Position numbers and translations under genes: made by a program. A DNA stretch of 64,000 bases, taken from NCBI GenBank assembly GCA_964016885.1, contig OZ024749.1:36270001-36334000 (forward strand). Direction: 5' to 3'. Below, one piece after another: positions 41,416-54,889 of this stretch (positions within the stretch are counted from its first letter, which is position 1; each line of letters begins with the position of its first letter). Source of the stretch: Eledone cirrhosa. Taxonomy: Eukaryota. Under the pieces are notes generated by a model. It saw nothing but the letters and a program-made list of their open reading frames with translations, was not told the origin of the DNA and did not search any database.

Positions 41416-41684
41416 TTGATATCTTGATCCATATCCATAGATTTATAGAGGAGAAAATAGGAAAAACTGTGCTGATATTCACATCCTTTCTTTTTTCTTT
41501 CTTTCTTTCTTTCTTTCAATATATAACATTAAGAAAACAATTGTTGAAATAGCAACAATATGTATTGAACACATTGCATTATCAAAGAAATATCTATTTG
41601 TCACACAGCATCTATATTCCATCTTGTGTTTCATTCAAAACAATTTTGGAGATAGATTTTGCAGTTGATTTCATAGTTTGTGCA

Positions 41685-42330
41685 ATGTTGTTGTTGTGGT
41701 GGTGGTTATTGTGGTGGTGGTGGTTGTGGTTATTGTAGTGGTGGTGGTTGTGGCGGTGGTTATTGTTGTGGTGGTGGTTATTGTAGTGGTTGTGGTGGTT
41801 GTAGTGGTTGTGGTGGTGGTGGTTATTGTTGTAGTGGTTGTGGTGGTTGTGGTTATTGTAGTGATGGTGGTGGTGGTGGTGGTTGTGGTTGTGGTGGTGG
41901 TTATTGTTGTAGTGGTTGTGGTGGTGGTGGTGGTTATTGTTGTAGTGGTTGTGATGGTGGTGGTTATTGTTGTGGTGGTGGTTATTGTAGTGGTTGTGGT
42001 GGTGGTGGTTATGGTTATTGTTGTAGTGGTTGTTGTGGTGGTGGTTATTGTGGTAGTAGTTGTGGTGGTTATTGTTGTGGTGGTGGTTGTTGTTGTTGTT
42101 GTTGTTGTGGTTGTGGTTATTGTTGTAGTGGTTGTGATTACTGTGATAATGGTTGTTGTGGTTGCAGTGGTTGTGGTTCTTGTTGTAATGGTTTTTGTGG
42201 TTGTTCTGAGAGTTTTTGTGGTTGTCATTATTGCTGTCGTTATTATTATCATTATTATTATCGTTATTGTTGCCGTTATTGTCATAATTGTTGTTGTTAT
42301 CATTGTCAACATTGTTGATGTTGTTGCTGC
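41685..42330. repeat. (GGT/GTT)n imperfect trinucleotide repeat
   Basis: Direct read. Confidence 0.93.
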
Positions 42331-42594
42331 AGTCATTGTTACTAATGTTTATACTTCCAATACATGATAGCAGTTATTGCTGTTGTTATTGCTACTGACG
42401 TAGTTGTTCCTATAGTTCTAACTAATGTCCTTACCTCCTATACATGATAGCAACAAATGTCATACAGGCATTATACCAATGATTTTAAAACATTATCTAT
42501 TCTCTCTTATAACTTCTTTCTTCCCTTTATAGCCAGATCTAATGTGTAACCATTACACCCCTTAACTTCCAAATATTCTCTTTAATCAGACATT

Positions 42595-43500
42595 ATATCA
42601 GGGAACACCAGTCCATATTCCTCACCACCACCACCACCACCACCTCATTTCCCACCACACACCTCCATTCTAATCACCCATTGTATCAAGGAACACCACT
42701 CCATATTCCTCACCACCACCACCACCTCATTTCCCACCACACACCTCCATTCTAATCACCCATTGTATCAAGGAACACCACTCCATATTCCTCACCACAC
42801 ACCTCCCTTCTAAACACCCATTGTATCAAGGAACACCACTCCATATTCCTCACCACACACCTCCCTTCTAATCACCCATTGTATCATGGAACACCACTCC
42901 ATATTCCTCACCACACGCCTCCCTTCTAATCACCCATTGTATCATGGAACACCACTCCATATTCCTCACCACACGCCTCCCTTCTAAACACCCATTGTAT
43001 CATGGAACACCACTCCATATTCCTCACCACACACCTCCCTTCTAATCACCCATTGTATCATGGAACACCACTCCATATTCCTCACCACACGCCTCCCTTC
43101 TAATCACCCATTGTATCATGGAACACCACTCCATATTCCTCACCACACACCTCCCTTCTAAACACCCATTGTATCATGGAACACCACTCCATATTCCTCA
43201 CCACACACCTCCCTTCTAATCACCCATTGTATCATGGAACACCACTCCATATTCCTCACCACACGCCTCCCTTCTAATCACCCATTGTATCATGGAACAC
43301 CACTCCATATTCCTCACCACACGCCTCCCTTCTAAACACCCATTGTATCATGGAACACCACTCCATATTCCTCACCACACACCTCCATTCTAATCACCCA
43401 TTGTATCAAGGAACACCACTCCATATTCCTCACCACCACCACCACCTCATTTCCCACCACACACCTCCATTCTAATCACCCATTATATCAGGGAACAGCA
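42595..43500. repeat. 58-bp minisatellite CTCCATATTCCTCACCACACACCTCCCTTCTAATCACCCATTGTATCATGGAACACCA
   Basis: About 14 units; longer variants at both ends. Confidence 0.95.
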
Positions 43501-43643
43501 CACATCCCTGTCCACCTTTTTAATCACCCATTATATCAGGCGGGAGGAGGGGACGGGACAAATGACTCCTCCCTACCCAACTCCTTAATATAATCTCTTA
43601 TAACAGAACTGTTCTTTTCAAGGTTGTTACACCAAAATAGTGG

Positions 43644-43684
<41 letters not shown>

Positions 43685-43687
<3 letters not shown>

Positions 43688-45410
43688 ATGTTTACAAATA
43701 TTGGTGTATGTGTGAGATATGTTTACAAATATGTGTGTGTATGTGTGAGAGATGTTTACAAATATAGGTGTGTGTATGTGTGAGATATGTTTACAAATGT
43801 GTGTGTATGTGTGAGATATGTTTACAAATATGTGTGTGTATGTGCGAGAGATGTTTACAAATATAGGTGTGTATGTGTGAGAGATGTTTACAAATATAGG
43901 TGTGTGTGTGTGTGTGTGTGATGTTTACAAATATAGGTGTGTGTGTGTGTGTGATGTTTACAAATATGTGTGTATGTGTGAGAGATGTTTACAAATATAG
44001 GTGCGTGTATGTGTGAGATATGTTTACAAATATGTGTGTGTATGTGTGAGATATGTTTACAAATATGTGTGTGTATGTGCGAGAGATGTTTACAAATATA
44101 GGTGTGTATGTGTGAGAGATGTTTACAAATATAGGTGTGTGTGTGTGTGTGATGTTTACAAATATGTGTGTGTATGTGCGAGAGATGTTTACAAATATAG
44201 GTGTGTGCATGTGTGAGAGATGTTTACAAATATAGGTGTGTGCATGTGTGAAAGATGTTTACAAATATAGGTGTGTGTGTGTGTGAGATGTTTACAAATA
44301 TAGGTGTGTGTGTATGAGAGATGTTTACAAATATAGGTGTGTGCATGTGTGAAAGATGTTTACAAATATAGGTGTGTGTGTGTGAGATGTTTACAAATAT
44401 AGGTGTGTATGTGTGAGAGATGTTTACAAATATAGGTGTGTGTATGTGTGAGATGTTTACAAATATAGGTGTGTGTGTGTGTGTGTGTGATGTTTACAAA
44501 TATAGGTGTGTGTGTATGAGAGATGTTTACAAATATAGGTGTGTGTATGTGTGAGATATGTTTACAAATATGTGTGTGTATGTGTGAGATATGTTTACAA
44601 ATATGTGTGTGTGTGTGAGATATGTTTACAAATATGTGTGTGTATGTGCGAGAGATGTTTACAAATATAGGTGTGTATGTGTGAGATGTTTACAAATATA
44701 GGTGTGTGTATGTGTGAGAGATGTTTACAAATATAGGTGTGTGTATGTGAGAGATGTTTACAAATATAGGTGTGTGTATGTGTGAGATGTTTACAAATAT
44801 AGGTGTGTGTATGTGTGAGAGATGTTTACAAATATAGGTGTGTGTATGTGTGAGATGTTTACAAATATAGGTGTGTGTGTGTGTGTGTGTGATGTTTACA
44901 AATATAGGTGTGTGTGTGTGAGAGATGTTTACAAATATAGGTGTGTGCATGTGTGAGAGATGTTTACAAATATAGGTGTGTGTGTATGAGAGATGTTTAC
45001 AAATATAGGTGTGTGCATGTGTGAAAGATGTTTACAAATATAGGTGTGTGTATGTGTGAAAGATGTTTACAAATATAGGTGTGTGTGTGTGAGATGTTTA
45101 CAAATATAGGTGTGTGTATGTGTGAGAGATGTTTACAAATATAGGTGTGTGCATGTGTGAAAGATGTTTACAAATATAGGTGTGTGTGTGTGAGATGTTT
45201 ACAAATATAGGTGTGTGTATGTGTGAGAGATGTTTACAAATATAGGTGTGTGTATGTGTGAGATGTTTACAAATATGTGTGTGTATGTGTGAGAGATGTT
45301 TACAAATATAGGTGTCTGCATGTGTGAGATGTTTACAAATATAGGTGTGTGTATGTGTGAGAGATGTTTACAAATATAGGTGTGTGTATGAGTGGAATCT
45401 TTACAAGTAT
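43685..45410. repeat. About 35-bp minisatellite: fixed GATGTTTACAAATATAGG plus variable (TG)n spacer
   Basis: About 48 units. Confidence 0.95.
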
Positions 45411-45814
45411 TGTGTGTGTGAGTGTGTATGTGTGTATGTCCACTAAGTTAACAGGATATACACACATATATATACACACAAACATAAACACACTTACACA
45501 CAAACCCCAGAACTTTAATTTTCTCTAGGTTGAGTATATATTTTACCAAGACCCATATATATCTTCCAACATGCTACCATTTTTTATTCCAATGAATAGC
45601 ATCCAAGAAGCCATGGAATGTTGTTAGTGTTCTTTGCTGCTATATTCTCCAGAATCAAAGATATTCCATAATTACCATTAACACAACATCTACCAGACAT
45701 CTCACTAACACATCAAAGTTTTACTTTATCAATCTGAAATATTCTTTATAGACGAGTCTTCACATTCACATATACGCACTTTGTATATACACGCATACTT
45801 ATGCACATACACAC

Positions 45815-45881
<67 letters not shown>

Positions 45882-46086
45882 GTTTGGTCTTATTTATCTT
45901 TGGTCTTCTCTCTCTCACAACACACCCTCTCTTTCCCTCCCAATATGCACTCCCCCCTCTCTCTCTTACCACCTCATGCACTCTCTTTTTCACTATCAAT
46001 TATGTGCTACTGTTATATATATATATATATATAATTTATGTATTTTTATGTGTGTGTGTGTGTATATAAATATATATATATATATT

Positions 46087-46135
<49 letters not shown>

Positions 46136-47099
46136 GTGTATATATATATATATATATATTTGTGTGTGTATATATATATATATATATTTGTGTGTGTATA
46201 TATATATATATATATATTTGTGTGTATATATATATATATATTTGTGTGTATATATATATATATTTGTGTGTATATATATATATATATATTTGTGTATATA
46301 TATATATATATTTGTGTGTATATATATATATATATTTGTGTGTATATATACATATATCTGTGTGTGTGTGTGTGTGTATATATATTTATATATAAATGTT
46401 AAATGGTGATGATGATATATACATATGTCTGTATATGTGTATAGATATTCAGTAATATTTGTGTTGTTTACCTTTCAAATTGAACAACAAGAAATACGAT
46501 TAGAAAAAACAACCCAATTCTAGAGAAACCCCAGGGGGTATATATTGTGGTAGTGGGGTTGATGGAGGTTATTAATGGATGTTTATTACGCTATATATAT
46601 ATATATATGTTCTGTATATGTATATACCTGTGTCTGTTCGTGTGCATTTGAACATGCCACATGTATAGACTATACATATATCATAATATAATAAAGTATA
46701 TATAATGTGTGTTATGAGCTTATTTTATTCACTCATAAATATATACATACATACATACAAACACAAGTGTCTGTATATTATCATTGCTAAGTTTCTGTTA
46801 ATGGATTTGTGCTAAATACAAACATACACACACATATATATATATGTGTGTGTGTGTGTGTGTATGTATATATATATATATATGTATATATGTATATACT
46901 TGTGTTCACACATATATTCTGACATACATATACTCACCTGCGCATGCACACACACACACGCACGCACACACGCACGCGCACACACACACACACACACACA
47001 CACTCATACACATGTCACCTAGATAGAAATGTGTCGAACATTAGTTTGTAGATATTCATGTCCACATCCCCTTCAGTATTCCATGTTTGGTAAATCAAG

Positions 47100-47460
47100 T
47101 TTATTTACTAAAATAAAATAAACTCTACCTAAATTTAGATTTCAATATCAATTTAGCATGTATAATTTGTCTATGTTGAATGGGAGAATGGTGAAAAAGT
47201 GTTGGTTTAGGTTAAGAAAGTACATATAGTTAACCTTTTGTGATGATATTCCTAATACAATACACTCTGTTTCATTCAATTAATGAAGAATTTTGAGAAG
47301 TTTACTCTCATTTCTTATTACTAAGATAGTAACTTAACATATGGTTCTTATATAAAATTATGTTGGAAGATTTAAATATAATTACAAACCCTTGAAAACT
47401 GATGGTTTTGTTTCATAGAACCAGAGGTGGTTTTGACTGGTTTGGTATTGAAAGGATTAA
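47100..47460. mobile_element. Second copy of the 5840-6358 dispersed repeat
   Basis: Shared AATGAAGAATTTTGAG, TAAGATAGTAACTTAA and AAATTATGTTGGAAGA; TTAACC...GGATTAA ends. Confidence 0.6.
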
Positions 47461-48589
47461 TTTGTATTCGGGGTCTAAAATGTAGTGGTGAGTGGGAGGG
47501 TGTCTAGCAGAGGGAGATGCATGCATTCAACTTCATATTGGGAGATTGTTTTTTTTTTGTTTTTTTTCTCTTTATAGCCATTTTGGGGATCGGAGGAATG
47601 GTGATATATATTCCATCCAATATGGTAGATTTCCAATTATCAAACTTGCCCTGTGGCTTCATAAACCTATCGATTTGTAAACAAAACTTTGGTAAAATAA
47701 AATATAATGAAATCTGTAAAGGACTGTTGGAGTGGTATGAAGATATGAAAGCCAGAAATGTCTGGAAGATGCTAAATTTAGGCCCTGAAGGATGTCAAGG
47801 TGTCTAAACATTGAATGTTTAAGTTTAAGAACATGGTCAGATACAGTCATCACACTTTAGAACTATTTCTTTGACCAAATTCCAAATTGTACACCTCTAA
47901 AATCTATAGCAACATTGCTTTTCTCTGTGGAACCAATTAGATTGTTCTGGAAGTCAGCCAAAACATCATCTCTCACCCAACTTAACAAGACACACTGCAC
48001 TCATCTTTTATTTAACAAACCTCACTCTCCTCAATGTCCTTTTCGAGTCAGTGGTGCTGATTTTGGTCAATGGACTCGACTGCTTCTGGCATCAAATATA
48101 TCTGCTGTTCTCTCCACCATTAACAATGGTTGTGGTTGTGTGTGTTTATGTGTGTGTCCATGTGTGTTTGTTTGTTTGTATACCTTGTGTGTATGTGGGT
48201 GTCTGTGGATGTATGTACATAACACACGCACACATATATATATGTGTGTAAATAAAATGTGTGTGTGTGTATCTTGTACATATGATGATGATGATGATGT
48301 ATGAACACACACAAGGAATGGAATAAATATTTACTTAGTTTTTGCAGCTTATTTCTTTCCTTTTCGATATTAAGTGGTGGTGGTGGTGGTGGTGGTGATA
48401 GTAGTGGTGGTGGTGGTGATAGTAATGGTGGTAGTAGTAATGGTGGTGGTGGTAGTGGTGATGGCAGTAGTAGTAGTGGTGGTAGTAGTAATGGTGGTGG
48501 TGATATTGTTGTTAGTATTGTTGGTTGTAGTAGTGGTGGTTGTGGTGGTGATTGTGTTGAAGGGAATTTGTAGCTGTGATTTCATTAGT

Positions 48590-50850
48590 GGTGGTGGTGT
48601 CATGTATTGTGGTGGGGAGTGTAGTTGTGGTGGTGGTGTCATGTAGTGTGGTGGGGAGTGTAGTTGTGGTGGTGGTGTCATGTATTGTGGTGGGGAGTGT
48701 AGTTGTGGTGGTGGTGTCATGTAGTGTGGTGGGGAGTGTAGTTGTGGTGGTGGTGTCATGTATTGTGGTGGTGTCATGTATTGTGGTGGTGGTGTCATGT
48801 AGTGTGGTGGGGAGTGTAGTTGTGGTGGTGGTGTCATGTATTGTGGTGGTGGGGAGTGTAGTTGTGGTGGTGGTGTCATGTATTGTGGTGGTGGGGAGTG
48901 TAGTTGTGGTGGTGGTGTCATGTATTGTGGTGGTGGTGTCATGTAGTGTGGTGGGGAGTGTAGTTGTGGTGGTGGTGTCATGTATTGTGGTGGTGGTGTC
49001 ATGTAGTGTGGTGGGGAGTGTAGTTGTGGTGGTGGTGTCATGTAGTGTGGTGGGGAGTGTAGTTGTGGTGGTGGTGTCATGTATTGTGGTGGTGGGGAGT
49101 GTAGTTGTGGTGGTGGGGAGTGTAGTTGTGGTGGTGGTGTCATGTAGTGTGGTGGGGAGTGTAGTTGTGGTGGTGGTGTCATGTAGTGTGGTGGGGAGTG
49201 TAGTTGTGGTGGTGGTGTCATGTAGTGTGGTGGGGAGTGTAGTTGTGGTGGTGGTGTCATGTATTGTAGTGGGGAGTGTAGTTGTGGTGGTGGTGTCATG
49301 TATTGTGGTGGTGGGGAGTGTAGTTGTGGTGGTGGGGAGTGTAGTTGTGGTGGTGGTGTCATGTAGTGTGGTGGGGAGTGTAGTTGTGGTGGTGGTGTCA
49401 TGTAGTGTGGTGGGGAGTGTAGTTGTGGTGGTGGTGTCATGTAGTGTGGTGGGGAGTGTAGTTGTGGTGGTGGTGTCATGTATTGTAGTGGGGAGTGTAG
49501 TTGTGGTGGTGGTGTCATGTAGTGTGGTGGGGAGTGTAGTTGTGGTGGTGGTGTCATGTATTGTGGTGGGGAGTGTAGTTGTGGTGGTGGTGTCATGTAT
49601 TGTGGTGGGGAGTGTAGTTGTGGTGGTGGTGTCATGTAGTGTGGTGGGAGTGTAGTTGTGGTGGTGGTGTCATGTATTGTGGTGGTGGGGAGTGTAGTTG
49701 TGGTGGTGGGGAGTGTAGTTGTGGTGGTGGTGTCATGTAGTGTGGTGGGGAGTGTAGTTGTGGTGGTGGTGTCATGTAGTGTGGTGGGGAGTGTAGTTGT
49801 GGTGGTGGTGTCATGTATTGTAGTGGGGAGTGTAGTTGTGGTGGTGGTGTCATGTATTGTAGTGGTGGTGTCATGTATTGTGGTGGGGAGTGTAGTTGTG
49901 GTGGTGGTGTCATGTATTGTGGTGGGGAGTGTAGTTGTGGTGGTGGTGTCATGTAGTGTGGTGGGGAGTGTAGTTGTGGTGGTGGTGTCATGTATTGTGG
50001 TGGTGGTGTCATGTATTGTAGTGGGGAGTGTAGTTGTGGTGGTGGTGTCATGTAGTGTGGTGGGGAGTGTAGTTGTGGTGGTGGTGTCATGTAGTGTGGT
50101 GGGGAGTGTAGTTGTGGTGGTGGTGTCATGTATTGTAGTGGTGGTGTCATGTATTGTGGTGGGGAGTGTAGTTGTGGTGGTGGTGTCATGTATTGTGGTG
50201 GGGAGTGTAGTTGTGGTGGTGGTGTCATGTAGTGTGGTGGGGAGTGTAGTTGTGGTGGTGGTGTCATGTAGTGTGGTGGGGAGTGTAGTTGTGGTGGTGG
50301 TGTCATGTAGTGTGGTGGGGAGTGTAGTTGTGGTGGTGGTGTCATGTAGTGTGGTGGGGAGTGTAGTTGTGGTGGTGGTGTCATGTATTGTAGTGGTGGG
50401 GAGTGTAGTTGTGGTGGGGGGGTGTAGTTGTGGTGGTGGTGTCATGTAGTGTGGTGGGGAGTGTAGTTGTGGTGGTGGTGTCATGTATTGTGGTGGGGAG
50501 TGTAGTTGTGGTGGTGGTGTCATGTATTGTGGTGGGGAGTGTAGTTGTGGTGGTGGTGTCATGTATTGTGGTGGGGAGTGTAGTTGTGGTGGTGGTGTCA
50601 TGTATTGTGGTGGTGGTGTCATGTAGTGTGGTGGGGAGTGTAGTTGTGGTGGTGGTGTCATGTATTGTGGTGGGGAGTGTGGTTGTGGTGGTGGTGTCAT
50701 GTATTGTGGTGGGGAGTGTAGTTGTGGTGGTGGTGTCATGTATTGTGGTGGGGAGTGTAGTTGTGGTGGTGGTGTCATGTATTGTAGTGGTGGTGTCATG
50801 TATTGTGGTGGGGAGTGTAGTTGTGGTGTTGGTGTCATGTATTGTGGGGG
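48590..50850. repeat. 39-bp G-rich minisatellite GTCATGTAGTGTGGTGGGGAGTGTAGTTGTGGTGGTGGT
   Basis: About 2.3 kb, with interspersed half-units. Confidence 0.96.
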
Positions 50851-51619
50851 TGTTAAATGTTGTTGTTGTTGGTATTGATAATAATGTAAATATTGATATT
50901 GAAACATCAATATCTTCCTCTCTCCCTCCCCCATCATCAATGTCCCTCCCCCACAACTCCCTCCCCCACACCTCACCACTCTATTGGAAATATGTATTTA
51001 AAACAGGAACACATCTTCATTAATTATAAACTATAATCTTCCTCTCGCTCCCTCACTTTCTCCCTCTCTTCTCTTTACCCCTCTCTCTCTCCTTTTATCT
51101 CCCCTTCTTCCTTGATCTCCTTCAACCCCCCTCTCCTCCCCTCCTGATCCATCTTTTCTCTCTCTCTACCACTCTACCCTCTCTCTTTCTATCTCCCCTC
51201 TCTCTATATATATATATCCCCCCATGCTCACCTATCTCTCTTCAATATAAATTTACACCTGTATACAGAGGTAATTACAAACTACCTTATCTTTCCCCTT
51301 CCCATCTCTGGCCCCCACCCTACAACAAGCCACACCCAGTAAACACACACAACACAGCTATAATATCTATATCACTAGCTGTACAACCTACCCACCAACC
51401 CAATATAATCCAATGTTTCCCAACCCTTTCATAATCAAGGACCCCCTTATTATCTAAATGTTTCTTTCTCCCCACCTGCCCTATTTTCTAGAAGGGGATG
51501 AAAAGCCAAGTTGACTCTGGAAGTTTTGAACCTAAAATATATTTACGGGTATCTAACTAAACTCCCCGGCACTCTACCGATTCTGCCACTTCGCAGCCCT
51601 CAGCAACTGTAATAATAAT

Positions 51620-51798
51620 AATTGTTTCTACTTTAGGCACAAGGCCAGCAATTACCCCAGTGCATTACTGGTACTTTATTTTATCGACCCCGTAAGGATG
51701 AAAGGCAAAGTCAACCTCGGCGGGATTTGAACTCAGATCGTAAAGGGACGTAACTATGCTGGAAAGCATGGCGTCCGACCCTCTACCGATACTGCCAA
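51620..51798 (-). mobile_element. SINE family A
   Basis: Reverse complement of the 6620 copy; (AAT)n tail. Confidence 0.92.
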
Positions 51799-52210
51799 AA
51801 TAATAATAAATAATGCTTTCTTTATTAACCACAAGGGTTTACACAAAGTAGACATTAAGGACAGTACAGGACAATACAGGACGGTACAAATGGGCATTTC
51901 TGCGTGTAAAAAAAACAAAAAAAACAGAGGATGTAATAAAAAGAACAATGAAAAATTCCCCAATAGGGGGGAGTCTTCCGAGGGCCATCGTGGAGAAAGC
52001 CCATTAAAAAAAAGCCATGGTGACCCTGACCACCAGGGCAAGTGTCCTCTCTCAGTTTTCCACCTTCAATTTACAGGCACATACTCAGAGTAGGTCCATT
52101 CACTTGGGCCATTCTTGCCTCTCACCCATCTTTCAACAAAGTACTGGGAAGAGAGCACCTCCCTCTCTACTCTGATTTTCCTTTTCAAATGAAATTTGAA
52201 AAAGTTAATC
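51799..52210 (-). mobile_element. Tx1/L1-type LINE 3' end, 5'-truncated
   Basis: Closely similar to 54890-55290; encodes INFFKFHLKRKIRVEREVLSSQYFVERW; AATAAA and (TTA)n tail. Confidence 0.8.
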
Positions 52211-52221
52211 ATAATAATAAT

Positions 52222-52608
52222 AATTGTTTCTACTTTTGGCACAAGGCCAGCAATTACCCAGTGCATTACTGGTACTTTATTTTATCGACCCCGTAAGGAT
52301 GAAAGGCAAAGTCAACCTCGGCGGGATTTGAACTCAGATCGTAAAGGGACGTAACTATGCTGGAAAGCATGGCGTCCGACCCTCTACCGATACTGCCAAT
52401 CCACCGCCCTATCATAATAATAATAATGTTGCTACTTTGGGCACAAGGCCAGTAATTACCCCAGTGCATTACTGGTGCTTTATTTTATCGACCCCCAGTA
52501 AAGATGAAAGGCAAAGTTAACCTCGGCAGGATTTGAACTCAGAATGTAAAGGGCCATAACACTATGCTGCAAAGCATAGCGTCCGACCCTCTGCCGATAC
52601 TGCCAATC
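52222..52608 (-). mobile_element. Two tandem SINE family A copies
   Basis: 52222-52410 (full length, ends CCACCGCCC) and 52425-52608. Confidence 0.92.
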
Positions 52609-52664
52609 ATTGTTTATGATGATGATGATGATGGTTGTTTGTAAAAACATACAAAGACAATTGG

Positions 52665-53580
52665 AAACAACAACAACAACAACAACAATAACACCACCAA
52701 CTCCAGCAACATTTGCAACACCACCACCAGCAACTGCTACAACACCACCAGCAACTGCTACTACAACAACACCACCACCACCACCACCTGCAACAACTGC
52801 TACAACACCACCACCACCACCACCTGCAACAACTGCTACAACACCACCACCACCACCAGCAACTGCTACAACACCACCAGCAACTGCTACTACAACAACA
52901 ACACCACCACCACCACCTGCAACAACTGCTACAACACCACCACCACCACCACCACCACCACCACCACCACCAGCAACTGCTACTACAACAACAACACCAC
53001 CAGCAACTGCTACTACAACAACACCACCACCACCACCTGCAACAACTGCTACAACACCACCACCACCACCAGCAACTGCTACTACAACAACAACAACACC
53101 ACCAGCAACTGCTACTACAACAACAACAACAACACCAGCAACTGCTACTACAACAACAACAATACCAGCAACTGCTACTACAACAACAACACCACCACCA
53201 CCTGCAACAACTGCTACAACACCACCACCACCACCACCACCACCAGCAACTGCTACTACAACAACAACAACACCAGCAACTGCTACTACAACAACAACAC
53301 CACCAGCAACTGCTACTACAACAACACCACCACCACCACCTGCAACAACTGCTACAACACCACCACCACCACCACCACCAGCAACTGCTACTACAACAAC
53401 AACAACAACACCAGCAACTGCTACTACAACAACACCACCAGCAACTGCTACTACAACACCACCACCACCACCACCTGCAACAACAATTACAACACCACTA
53501 CTACAACTACAACAACAATTATAACTACAACAGTAGCACCAACAACACCATGACAACAACAACAGCAACAATAACAACTA
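52665..53580. repeat. Trinucleotide-derived minisatellite (CCAGCAACTGCTACTACAACAACA)
   Basis: Direct read. Confidence 0.92.
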
Positions 53581-53829
53581 CAACTAATAAAGTATAACAT
53601 GAAACATGACCTTAAGTGAAGGTATCCATTGTACATTTCCCATCCCCTACACCTCCCCATCACAAGATAACCTCATCCACCCCCCACCTCCTCCCACACC
53701 ATTGAAAGACCCTCACTATACCCCCCCCCCCCCCCACACACACACACCACCACCACCACCACCTCCTCCTCCACCACACCAACCCCCCACCACTATTATG
53801 CCCCCCCCTCTCCTCCAACACACCAACCC

Positions 53830-54402
53830 CCCTCTATCATGCCCCACCCTCCTCCTCCCCCGTACCCCCTCTCTATCCTGCCCCACCTCCTCCACCACAC
53901 CAAACCCCCCACCTCTATCCTGCCCCACATCCTCCACCACACCAAACCCCCCGCCTCTATCCTGCCCCACCTCCTCCACCACACCAAACCCCCTGCCCCT
54001 ATCCTGCCCCACCTCCTCCACCACACCAAACCCCCCGCCTCTATCCTGCCCCACATCCTCCACCACACCAAACCCCCCACCTCTATCCTGCCCCACATCC
54101 TCCACCACACCAAACCCCCCACCTCTATCATGCGCCACCTCCTCCACCACACCAAACCCCCCACCTCTATCCTGCCTCACCTCCCCCACCACACCAAACC
54201 CCCCACCTCTATCCTGCCCCACCTCCTCCACCACACCAACCCCCCCACCCCTATCCTGCCCCACCTCCTCCACCACACCAACCCCCCCACCTCTATCCTG
54301 CCCCACATCCTCCACACCAAACCCCCCGCCTCTATCCTGCCCCACCTCCCCCACCACACCAAACCCCCCACCTCTATCCTGCGCCACCTCCTCCACCACA
54401 CC
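53830..54402. repeat. 42-bp C-rich minisatellite CCTCTATCCTGCCCCACCTCCTCCACCACACCAAACCCCCCA
   Basis: About 13 units. Confidence 0.93.
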
Positions 54403-54889
54403 ACAACATGAGATAACAACCTTCACCTTGTTATTATTGATTACCAGTATTTAATTAAATGATTTCTCTTGTGTTGCTTCAGCAAGTTTTTCATCTTTCA
54501 TTTGATTTCTGTAATCTTCTTCTTATTCTTCTTTGCCTTCTTCTTCTCCACTTCTTCCTCCTTTTAAAAATATTGACTTGATGTTGATGATGATGATGAC
54601 ACTGATAGTAATAATTACAATACTGATGATGATGATGATATTATATTAATAATAATAATAATAATAATAATAATGATTTCATTTATTGGCCACTAGGGCC
54701 GACATATAGGGGACAGTACAAAAGACTGGGACAGTGGGGTTTTACAGAAAAATCGAGTAAACAATATGAATAACAAAGTAACAATAAAAAGTCAATTATA
54801 TCGACCCCCATAAAGATCAAAGGTAAAATTAACCTTGGCGGAATTTGAAATAAAAAAAGTAAAGGGTCATAACTCTATGTCCCAAAACA

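Noticed and set aside
43685-45410. CRISPR-like look (fixed repeat plus variable spacer); also 28095-28790
   Set aside because: Spacers are microsatellite or mutually homologous, there are no cas genes, and the context is eukaryotic.
47517-47807. Non-repetitive 96-aa ORF as a host exon
   Set aside because: No recognisable motif and no convincing splice signals; length is compatible with chance.
52480-54454. Poly-Q/P/T ORFs of 240-365 aa
   Set aside because: Trinucleotide-derived minisatellites open in multiple frames.
54620-54640. CTGATGA matches here and at 24061 and 58086
   Set aside because: Microsatellite or chance context without stem II or GAAA.
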